Shown here piece after piece: positions 1-64,000 of a stretch of DNA of 64,000 nt. Both the position numbers and the translations under genes were made by a program. This DNA is from the human T2T-CHM13v2.0 reference genome, Homo sapiens. Each line of letters starts with the position of its first letter. Positions within the stretch are counted from its first letter, which is position 1. Under the pieces are notes generated by a model. The model had not been told where the DNA came from and made no database searches. It was given only the letters and a program-made list of their open reading frames with translations. Location: assembly GCF_009914755.1 (NCBI RefSeq), contig NC_060943.1. The stretch is one strand, 5' to 3'.

Positions 1-870
1 GACGGGGTGGCTGGCCGGGGCGGCTGGCCGGGCGGGGGGCTGACCCCCCCACCTCCCTTCCGGACGGGGTGGCTGCCGGGCGGAGACGCTCCTCACTTCC
101 CAGACAGGGTGGCAGCCGGGCGGAGGGGCTCCTCACTTCTCAGATGGGGCGGTTGCCAGGCGGAGGGTCTCCTCACTTCTCAGACGGGGCGGCCGGGCAG
201 AGACGCTCCTCACCTCCCAGACGGGGCGGCGGGGCAGAGGCGCTCCCCACATCTCAGACGATGGGCGGCCGGGCAGAGACGCTCCTCACTTCCTAGATGG
301 GATGGTGGCCGGGAAGAGGCGCTCCTCACTTCCTAGGTGGGATGGCGGCGGGGCAGAGACGCTCCTCACTTTCCAGACTGGGCAGCCAGGCAGAGGGGCT
401 CCTCACATCCCAGACGATGGGCGGCCAGGCAGAGACGCACCTCACTTCCCAGACGGGGTAGCGGCCGGGCAGAGGCTGCACTCTTGGCACTTTGGGAGGC
501 CAAGGCAGGCGGCTGGGAGGTGGAGGTTGTAGCTGAGATCACGCCACTGCACTCCAGCCTGGGCACCATTGAGCACTGAGTTAACGAGACTCCGTCTGCA
601 ATCCCGGCACCTCGGGAGGCCGAGGCTGGCGGATCACTCGCGGTTAGGAGCTGGAGACCAGCCCGGCCAACACAGCGAAACCCCGTCTCCACCAAAAAAA
701 TACGAAAACCAGTCAGGCGTGGCGGCGCGCGCCTGCAATCGCAGGCACTCGGCAGGCTGAGGCAGGAGAATCAGGCAGGGAGGTTGCAGTGAGCCGAGAT
801 GGCAGCAGCACAGTCCAGAGGGAGACCGTGGAAAGAGGAGAGGGGGAGGGGGAGGGGGAGGGGGAGGGAG
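1..870 (-). mobile_element. SVA retrotransposon, 5' part (hexamer, Alu-like domain, VNTR); continues off the left edge
   Basis: GGGAGA/GGGGGA hexamers at about 835-870, Alu-like region about 470-820, GC-rich VNTR units (gggcagagacgctcctcacttcccagac) 1-470. Confidence 0.95.
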
Positions 871-874
871 CTAT

Positions 875-2625
<1,751 letters not shown>

Positions 2626-2629
2626 AGAA

Positions 2630-3380
2630 ATCAATGAATGATGAAATCAGCAAAAGAGTGATTTGATGAAAGCATGGTTGGGTGGACAGATGGAGAGAAG
2701 AAAATATAAATGAATGGATAACTTTCCAGCTTGAGTTGGAAAAGGGTTGGAAAAAAATAGATAATGAAGAGATGAATGGATAATTGGATAGAAAGAGATG
2801 GAAAAGTGATGAATTGCTGAATGGAGGGATGAATGGGCATATGGAGGACAAATGGATGACTGTGATGGAAAGCAGAGAATTACATGGACAAATGGAGGGA
2901 TGAATAAATGAATGGATGGACGAAAGTTAGACTTCGTAAGGATGGCTGAATGAATAGACAGATAGACTGGTATATGGTTAGATGTTTGGATGGATGGAGA
3001 AGATGATGGATGATCAGATGCATGGGTGATGGATAAAAGGTTGAATGAAAGAATGGATGGATAAACAGCTGGATAGAGCTAGACAGACTGGTGAGTAGAT
3101 GAATAGTTGCATGTTTGGATGAATGGGTGAACATATGGTTGACTGGATGTTTGGAGAGATTGACGATGAGATGATGGGTGCAGAGGTAAATGGATGGGTA
3201 GATGGATAAAGGGTTGGATGAAAGGATGGTTGAACAATCAGCTCAATGGATGGATTGATGAGGTCTAGATGGTTGGATGTTTGATTGATGGATGGTTGGA
3301 TGGACTTTTGGTTGGATACATGGAGAGATTGATGGATGTTGGGATACACGAGTGGAGAGATGGATGCATGGATGGATGGA
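2630..3380. repeat. Degenerate (TGGA)n simple repeat
   Basis: gatggatggatg-type low-complexity tract just downstream of LGALS4. Confidence 0.85.
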
Positions 3381-3737
3381 ACGACAGGCTGTATAGTGGT
3401 TAAGTGTGCAGATCCTTGGGAGCCAGATCAGCTGGATTTGAATCCTCCTTCTGCCATTTATGCAATGTATAATTTGGGCAATTTGTTTTATTTTCCTTTG
3501 TTTCCTCATCTGTTACAGAGGGATGATAATAATTGTTTCTACCTCTTGGGGTTGCTGTGAGAAGTGAATGAGCCCTAAATCAGTGCTTGGGGCATAACCA
3601 GATTTATGATGACAGGAGGATGGATGGTCAGATGACTGGATGGATGAAGGATAGATGAAGTGCATGACTGAACCAAGGAAGGGAAGAGTAGCCGGGGAGC
3701 AGATGGAGACACACACTCATGAGACACCCTCAGACAT

Positions 3738-3743
3738 TTTATT
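3738..3743 (-). terminator. LGALS4: LGALS4 polyadenylation signal AATAAA
   Basis: tttatt on + strand about 70 nt after the stop, followed on the - strand by GU-rich sequence. Confidence 0.85.
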
Positions 3744-3809
3744 AGGGGCTTAGAAAGGAGTCCTAGGGGATAATTCTGTTTTCCCATGAGTTATGGCCCC
3801 AGGAATAGA

Positions 3810-14930
<11,121 letters not shown>

Positions 14931-15013
14931 CGCTCGAGGCTGCGCTAGTGGCTGGTCCTGTGAGAAGAGCTGCAGGAGTGGGAGATGGTGGCGGATGGCA
15001 GGCGGTGGTGGCT

Positions 15014-15246
15014 CTTATACCCAGGGTAAGGGAGTGGCTGGCAGGGGAGGGTCCACAGGGCTCCTCTTCTGGGACTCTCAGGCTGTCGGCTTCTCCTAGA
15101 GCGCACCCTAGTCTCCCTTCCCTTGCCAGCTTCCCTGGTGACCAGCCAGGACCCAAATCACCTGGGTCCCCTCCCCTACGCCCTCCTGCAAAGAGGAAGT
15201 GCTCATGAACTTCGGCCCTGCCAGGGCCTTATCAGAGCCCATAAAA
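15014..15246 (-). promoter_or_regulatory. LGALS4: LGALS4 proximal promoter: TATA-like box and intestinal TF motif cluster
   Basis: TATAAG at 15019-15014, about 85 nt upstream of the ATG; ETS, HNF4-like, GATA and CDX motifs at 15193-15246. Confidence 0.65.
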
Positions 15247-15595
15247 CCCTGCCCAGACTTCTGTTGGCAGAGGGAGGGTGAGACCAGGCAGGGCAGGGCA
15301 GGCTGCAGGAATGACCCAGGACAGGTGGGCAGCGGAGGAGGAGAACGCGGAGGAACTGCAAATTCCTGCCTCTCCCAGCAACTGTGAAGGGACCTACGTT
15401 GATTGCGTGCCCACCACACATCTTTACCACGTATGTTGTATTGTAGGGAGAGTGGTTTAGATTACTAGTGTGTGGAGCCAGAGGTTCTAGGTTCAAATCC
15501 TGCCTTTGCCACTTCTCAGCTGTATGATCATGGGTCAGTGCCTTACCCTCAATTTGCCCATGTGCTCATCTGTAAAATGGGGATATAGTAGTATC

Positions 15596-17150
<1,555 letters not shown>

Positions 17151-17477
17151 AGCATCAGATCCCATGTGCTGTGCAGTGAGAGGTGCCAGGCAGGGCACGA
17201 ACGCCACCCTCAACCCCAGGGCAGGCAGGGAGACCAGGAAGCCTTGCAACCCAGAGGGACCCCAGCGACTTTTGCTCACTCCCTCCGCCCCGGAATTCCT
17301 TGTGCCCCTCGCCTGCCCGCTGCCAGTCTGAATGGCCATCACCTCCATGCCACCCATTCCCATGCATCCAACCTCTAGCCCCAGCCTTCAGGACTGCAGT
17401 CTCTGGAGCCCCTAGGTGCATCCCAGCCCCTCCCACCTCTCCTCTATCCAAGAAGGGCACCAGGTTCTTTACTTTGC

Positions 17478-17483
17478 TTTATT
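17478..17483 (-). terminator. ECH1: ECH1 polyadenylation signal AATAAA
   Basis: tttatt on + strand about 175 nt after the stop. Confidence 0.85.
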
Positions 17484-17655
17484 GTTTGTGGGGTGAAGAT
17501 AAGGCCTTGGGCTTGAGAAACTCATTGTCATAAAGTTATAAACTGGGAAACTGGGTCAGAAGGCATAGAAACAACTGTCATCGCCCATCCTCCCTTTCTG
17601 TGGATGAGGCGGGACAAGGCCGGCCCCCTGGCTGGGGCCTGGGACGCGAGGGCTC

Positions 17656-33824
<16,169 letters not shown>

Positions 33825-34063
33825 CGCCGCCGCCTTCGTCTACTGCGTTCGGACGGAGTAACGTGCCCGTTAGCGGAGGGGGCGGGCACAGAAGGCCGCC
33901 ATGTTGAGCGAGGGCACCGATGCCGCAACCTGACAGGCAATGACGCCGTTCTTTCCGCCATCTTTACTAAGGGCAGTCGATTTCCGGTTGCCTTACATAG
34001 AGCCAGGCTCAGAAATGGACCCTTTGCCCCAGTGGGAACCTGGCCAAAGAAAATAGCTCCTGC

Positions 34064-38200
<4,137 letters not shown>

Positions 38201-38427
38201 GCGCCTGATAGAGCTTGCTCGGGCAGGGCCCAGTAAGAATGCCACTAAGCCTGATGGATTTTCCTCAAAGACTCAATTGCTAGCACCATTCTCAGTCTGC
38301 AGCCCACCCTGCTCCTCTTGGGTCTCTGTATGCCTCCAGAGGGCCTGTGACTGTGCTCAGGCCTGCCTGTGTCTTCAGGACAGAGAGGGAGAAAAGCAGA
38401 CATCCTGGAATCCCAGCAAGTGCTGTG

Positions 38428-38450
38428 TTTATTTTCCAAACAATTTTATT
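38428..38450 (-). terminator. HNRNPL: HNRNPL tandem polyadenylation signals (AATAAA x2)
   Basis: tttatt at 38428-38433 and 38445-38450, about 305-325 nt after the stop. Confidence 0.8.
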
Positions 38451-38753
38451 GAAATGTGCCAAGAGTACATGGGCAGCACAAATGTATGAACAGGAAAAAA
38501 AAAAATCACATGTACAATAATTTTTTAAAAGTGAAGGTTAATCTTGGGAGATAACAGTTCCCCTCTCCCTCCCCCTGCAGATTTCCAGCGTTTCCATTAA
38601 GGTTAAGTAAGCCTCTACAAACCTAGCATTTAAAAAAAAAAAAAAAAAAAAAAAAAGGAATACAAGATCTTTTGCAAATAACAAAAACAAAAAATGGCAT
38701 AAAGGAAAGAGAAATGTCTTCCTGCTCAGATGGGACTCTTCCTAGGCACCTAA

Positions 38754-52023
<13,270 letters not shown>

Positions 52024-53299
52024 GGCGGCGCAGAACCCGCCTCCCCCCGCCTCTCATTGGGGGAGGGACACGCCCGTCACCCGCCGCCCCCACCCGATAG
52101 GGGGAGCCACTGGTCCCGCCGCGGGGGGAGGGTAGGCCGCCACACGCCTTGCGCGCTTATTGGACATTGCCCACGCCGTTCTGCAGGAGGGCCCGCCCTT
52201 GTTTGTCTGAGACACTCCTTATAGGTGGTCGCTTTCTGCCAGTCTTTCCGTCGACCCCGCCGCCTTAAAATAAAATCCAATTTGATAGGTCGGATTTCTG
52301 GCGCTGCTGGCCTCCCTAAAAGCACCTGATAGGAACGGCGCTCTAAACCTCCCAAGAATCTCCGCCTCCCTCCCACTTTCATTGGTCTCCTCGCTAATCC
52401 GTCAGCACCAGTCACAATGACGACCTTCCCGCGCCACTTCGCAAGGAGACAAGGAAGCCCCGCCCTTTTTTGGTCTCTCTCCAGTGGTGGTTACAGATGC
52501 CCATTCTTCTGCGTCTCCACTGATTGGTCAATGGAGAGTGGAGCGCACCCTCTCACCAGATGGTAGGACTGTTGATACGCTCTGATTGGATGAAATGGTG
52601 AGCCCCGCCCCAGGGTAGGCGCTCTTTGGTGCAGTATACGAAACGAGCGAAGGCGAGAACGCATGCGCAAATACGCTTTCAGGCACCGCCCAGAGGCGGG
52701 GCCCCCTTATGGAGCGACCGCTGTGTGTGCGCCGGAAGGCTAGACCAAGATTGACAGGAACTCCCAGGGTATCTCTGTCGCCATCACTATACCGTGTTCA
52801 TTTCTACCTCTAGGAGGAATTGTTAAAATCCCAAATCTGAGCCTTTTCCTCAGTAGAAAACCACTCGCTGCTGCCGACTGTCTTCGGACCCTGTCCAGTT
52901 CTAAATTCAGCCGCAACCCCTTTCAGTTTCCCTTGGGAGAAGGCTCTTCCGCGCACTCTCCATGTGTGCCCGTGCAGTCCCTTCCACCTGCAATAGTCCA
53001 CTACCCCTCCTGCAGGAGCTAAGGGCCAAGTCATCTTGTCCGTGCGATCTAAATTAACAGGTCCCTGCCATCCCAGACCCCCAGGATTCCCTTCAAAGCC
53101 ATAACTCGGGCCAGTGGTTTTCACCTGACAGCTCGACCCCTCTGAGCACCACAGGAGGTCCTGGCCCCGACCCTGGAGAGGGTGGCCACCTACCAAGCGC
53201 CCAGTACAGCACCTGGCACAGTGCAAGCCCCCTGCACAGGGGAGGCGTTCTTGTGATCTGTGCCTGCGTCGGGCCTTTCTTCCTCAAGGGCGGGGTAAG

Positions 53300-54700
53300 A
53301 CCACCCGCACTGCACCAAGAGAATGTCGGAGGGTATCTCCAGACTCCGGCGAAGCCCAACTGGCGGAGCCTGGGGGGTGGAGAGGAGCGCGCCCCAGTTA
53401 TCACGCGCAGGCAGCGGGGTCAAACGGGGATTAACCCGGGATCCCGTCCTACGGCATTTAACATTATGGGGCTGCCCGCGCAGGGTGTGGGGGGGAACAC
53501 CTTAGCGAAGCTATTGGCAAGTGACGATATCGCCAAAGGGGGGAAAAGAAATAAAAGCGAAGCTAGCGTCGTGAGAAACGCGGCGGACGCCCCAAAAGTG
53601 CTCCAGGACCTTTCTGCCCGGCTGATGGGGGATTTCGAGTTGAGGTCCGGGTGGAAACTAAGTTTGAAATGGAGGCCGTGTGTGGTGGCTCACACCTGTA
53701 ATCCCAGCACTTGGGGAGGCCAAGGCGGAAGGCTCGCTTGAGCCCCGGATTTCGAGGTTGCAGTGAGCCGTGATCGCGCCCCTGCACTCCAGCGTGGGCG
53801 ACGGAGCGAGACCCTATCAGAAAAAATGGGGTTTATGGCAATACAAGAGGGGACAGGCCTGGTGGCTCTGCCGGTGAGGGGAAATAAAGTTAGGGGAGGG
53901 GGCCTTGCTGGGGACCTCGGTCAGCTCCCCCGGACACCAGGAAGATCCGACCACGCCAACGGAACAGAGACGGGGGCGGGGCCGCGTCTGAAGCACGTGG
54001 CCCGCGTGACGGGAGGAGGCCGGGCCGGTCGCGACGAAGGGCGGGGTCGCTCCGTCCCAACGTCAGAGGAATGCGGTGGGGGGAGGGGGAGAGAGAGGGC
54101 CCCTCCCCTCCCCGCCCCCGCGGCCGGCCCGGACGCCCCTCGCGCCGGCGCGCACGGCCGGAGCACGGCGGAACGGTCTCCCCGGCGCCGCACGTTCCAG
54201 GCCGCCGGCCCGGCCTGGTGACCCGCACCCCCCGCGCTCCCGGCCACCGCCCCGCCCCCACCCCGCTGCTCGGACCCTGGCCCCCGGCCGCGCGCGGCGC
54301 CGCCCGCCAGTGCCCCGGTCACCTTCCCGCACCCCTCGCCCCCAGCCCCTACCAGCTCGGCGGCGAGCCTGACCGGCCGTCCCGGATCGAAAAGAGCAGA
54401 CACTGGGAAGTTTTGGGAGAGGGAGGGGCGGGCCTTAAAGGGACCACGACCTTTTTTCAGCCCCGTGGGGGGAAGAAAAATTGGGGGCAGGGGGCGCGGG
54501 AGCGGGGACACGGCAGGAGACCGAGGGTCGCCCCGCGGGGGAATGGAGGAAACCAGGCGAGAAAGGAGCGGGAAGACCTTGGAGCCGCGGTGTTCGGGCT
54601 CCGCGTCCCTTTTCCCCAAAAATCCACCCCCGCCCCCCGCAGACGGAAAGTCACGCAGTTGTTTGAGACTCGCGCATCTTTCCTCCTGGTCAGGCAAGTG
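53300..54700. promoter_or_regulatory. Second CpG island, likely upstream alternative HNRNPL promoter
   Basis: CpG-dense, multiple GC boxes; candidate minus-strand donor CTG|GTAGGG at 54353/54352. Confidence 0.7.
54353..54400 (-). other. HNRNPL: Candidate alternative non-coding first exon of HNRNPL
   Basis: Donor consensus in a CpG island 2.3 kb upstream of exon 1; 5' boundary approximate; consistent with my recall of an N-terminally shorter isoform. Confidence 0.45.
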
Positions 54701-55224
54701 TCTTGGCTGAGGCAAGTGTTTGGGGTGTACATTGCTCACATAAGGAAATGGGCTGGAGGGACGCAAGTGACTAACCCAGGATGCCACAGCTTGCAAGTGG
54801 CATGGCGGGGCTGGTCTGACGCCGGAGCAGACGCATCACCACTGCACTTGCAGGGCTTATTAGGGTGATGGGGTAGGCTGTAGAGATGGGGGGTTCAGAG
54901 CAGGGGACTGGAGCCACCCTACCGGGGTTCCAACGTGGAAGCTGCATTTACTGTCTCTGGCCTTAGGAAAGTAACTTAGCCTTCCTCATCCGTTAGGGGG
55001 ATGGCAGTAGGAGCTTCGTCTGGGTCGTCATGAGGAATGCAGAGAATGGAAACGGGACCTTAGAGGACTACCCCCATTTCACAGTTGAAGTAAAACTGGC
55101 CCAGAGAGTGGAAGAACCGCGAAAAATTACCACAGCTGGGCAGCCTCTGAAAGAGCAGGTCGCTCCCGTTCTTAATCCACACAAAACTTAATCGGACCCT
55201 TGCAGATCCTTGTAAACCCATGCC

Positions 55225-58797
<3,573 letters not shown>

Positions 58798-59326
58798 GCC
58801 TAGGTTTCTTCTGCTGTTCTTTTCCAAAACTTCTTAAATTTTGATACGTCTTTCTCCTTTTCTAATATAAGCACGGAGGCTCTGAATTTCCCTCTCCATT
58901 TTAATTTGGCTGCATTTTACAGAAAGGTGTTTTGGAACTTCCATTCTAATTTCTCTCAGACAGATGGCATTTTTAACTTATTTTGTTGTTGTGGTTTGCT
59001 AAAATACTTGCAAGTTGGTACATTTTGCATTTTGAAAGATTTTGCCAAATTACCCTCCATTAGCACTGTAACAATTTGAGTTCTCAGCATTTCTATGTAA
59101 AAAATGAATTTTCCCCACTATCTCAAAATACTGCACATTTTGTTTTACATTTGTCAATCTGAGGTAAAAACTGGTTTTAATTTTAATTTACTTTATATTT
59201 ACCTTATTGAATGAATCGTGTGTGTGTATGTGAGCGTATACCATATGTGTTCACATGGGAATTGGAACAGCTAGAGAAAAAACATCCCAGGGAGAAGAAA
59301 CAGCAAATGCAAAAGCCCTGAAGTCG

Positions 59327-61475
<2,149 letters not shown>

Positions 61476-61569
61476 CTCCATATCCTTCAGCAGTCACTCC
61501 CCTCAGCCCCCGGCAGCCGCCAATTTACTTTCTGTCTCTATGGATTTGTCTAGTCTGGACATTTCATAT

Positions 61570-62539
61570 TGTAGGGTCCAGCCCTACGGGGCTTAGCAGG
61601 TGTTCTCCCCGTGTGCAGAGATGAGAGATGGTAATAAATAAAGACACAAGACAAAGAGATAAAGAGAAAACAGCTGGGCCCGGGAGACCACTACCATCAA
61701 GTTGTGGAGACTGGTAGTGGCCCCGAACGGCTGGGCGCGCTGATATTTATTGCATACGAGACAAGGGGGGCAGGGTAAGGAGGGTGAATCCTCTAAGTGA
61801 TTGATAAGGTGAAGCAAGTCACGTGATCATAGGACGGGGGTGGGGGGCCCTTCCCTTTTAGGTAGCCAAAGCAGAGAGAGAAGGCAGCATACGTCAGCGT
61901 TTTCTTCTATGCACTTATAAGAACGATCAAAGACTTTAAGACTTTCACTATTTCTTCTACCGCTATCTACTACCAACTTCAAAGAGGATCCAGGAGTACG
62001 GGAGGAACGTGAAAGTGGACAAGGAGCGTGACCTTTGGAGCACAGCACCACAGGGAGGGGTTTAGGCCTCCGGTGACTGCAGGCAGGCCTGGATAATATC
62101 CAGCCTTCCAGAAGAAGCTGGTGGAGCAGTGTTCCCTGACTCCTCCAAGGAAAGGAGACTCCCTTTCGCGGTCTGCTAAGTAATGGGCGTCTTCCCAGAC
62201 ACTGGCATTACCGCTTGACCAAGGAGCCCTCAAGCGGCCCTTATGTGGGCGTGACAGAGGGCTCACCTCTTGCCTTCTAGGTCACTTCTCACAATGTCCC
62301 TTCAGCACCTGACCCTATACCCACCGGTTATCCTTAGGGTATATTAGTAATGCAACAAAGAGTAATATTAAAAGCTAATGATTAATAATGTTTATAATAA
62401 TGATTGATAATTGTCCATGATCATCTCTATATCTAATTTGTATTATGACTATTCTTATTCTAACTATTTTCTTTATTATACTGAAACAGTTTGTGCCTTC
62501 AGTCTCTTGCCTCGGCACCTAGGTAATCTTTCACCCACA
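61570..62539 (-). mobile_element. Solo LTR, LTR13-like (ERVK class)
   Basis: TG...CA ends on - strand (tgtgggtgaaag...gaccctaca), 970 bp, 6-bp TSD TCATAT at 61564-61569 and 62540-62545; interrupts an old L1 fragment. Confidence 0.85.
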
Positions 62540-62632
62540 TCATATAAATGGAAAAATATAGTATGTAGCCTTTTGTGTCTGATTCTCTTAGCATGTTTTC
62601 AAGTTTCACCCATGTTTTTTAAATTAAATTAA

Positions 62633-62909
<277 letters not shown>

Positions 62910-63416
62910 TGAGCCACTGTGCCCGACCTGCTTTCTTCTTTTTTGTTGTTAAGCCTCCTCCGGCTCCAAGCAGAAATAGCTTCACGGTCTGCTGTGCTTC
63001 AGATTGAAAACTCAGACACCCTCAGGGACCAGTGGGGAAAGCCACCCCTTAGAGGAAAGTTTCTCATTTGCATTACGCAGTCCTGACCCTTTCCCTACCT
63101 TTCCCCGCCCCCAGCTTCAATCAGGTCTAACTGATATGTGAGAAACCAGACCTTTAAAGTGTACAATTGATGAGTTTTAACTTACATATACACCTGGGAA
63201 ACCATCACCACAAATCAAGATAGTGACCACAAGGTAAAAACAGTATTCATCATCCCCAGGAAGTGTTTTTGTTTTTTTGTTTTTTGTTTTTTATTTTTTT
63301 TTTTGAGATAGTCTTGCTCTGCTATCCAGGCTGAAGTCCAGTGGTGTGATTATAGCTCACTGTGGCTTACTCCCAAGTAGCTGGGACTACAGGTTCCTGC
63401 CACCCCATGGCCATTT

Positions 63417-63720
63417 TATATATATATATATATAATATATATGTATATAAAATATATATATAGTTATATATATACACACTATATATACTATATATTATAT
63501 ATAATAGTTATATATACCATATATTATATATACTATATTATATATAGTATATCATATATAGCATATATTATATATACTATATTATATAGTATCTCATATA
63601 TAGCATATAATATATACTATATTATATATAGCATATCATATATAGTATATATAATATATACTATATTATATATAGTGTATAATATATACTATATTATATA
63701 TATATTATATATATAAATAT
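63417..63720. repeat. AT-rich (TA)n-derived minisatellite inside an Alu
   Basis: Repeating atatatactatattatatatagtatatc-like units, about 300 bp. Confidence 0.9.
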
Positions 63721-63722
63721 AA

Positions 63723-63999
<277 letters not shown>

Positions 64000-64000
64000 G

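Noticed and set aside
53253-54868. Long overlapping ORFs (162-291 aa) on both strands
   Set aside because: CpG-island composition suppresses stops; low-complexity R/G/P/A peptides with no recognisable domain.

Overview
Human (hominoid) genomic DNA, recognisable as the chr19q13.2 LGALS4-ECH1-HNRNPL locus. Three complete spliced genes lie head-to-tail on the minus strand: LGALS4 (galectin-4, 10 coding exons, 323 aa), ECH1 (delta3,5-delta2,4-dienoyl-CoA isomerase, 10 exons, 328 aa, ends in SKL) and HNRNPL (13 exons, 589 aa). I rebuilt each exon chain by hand from splice sites, and each sums to an intact frame (972, 987 and 1770 nt). HNRNPL carries an AT-AC U12-type intron 4 and the 70-nt PTC-containing poison exon 6A. 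The background is very Alu-rich. It also holds three SVA insertions, a 3'-truncated LTR12/HERV9 provirus antisense inside ECH1 intron 3, an LTR13 solo LTR, and old L1/L2/MIR debris. I found no convincingly new biological system. The best leads are phase-compatible read-through fusions across the three genes, one stop-free in-frame intron in each gene, a compact ETS/HNF4/GATA/CDX module at the LGALS4 promoter, an Alu carrying extra 3' sequence inside its target-site duplication, and a young local duplication in ECH1 intron 3. Repeat subfamily calls and comparisons with canonical proteins come from recall, not from a database search.
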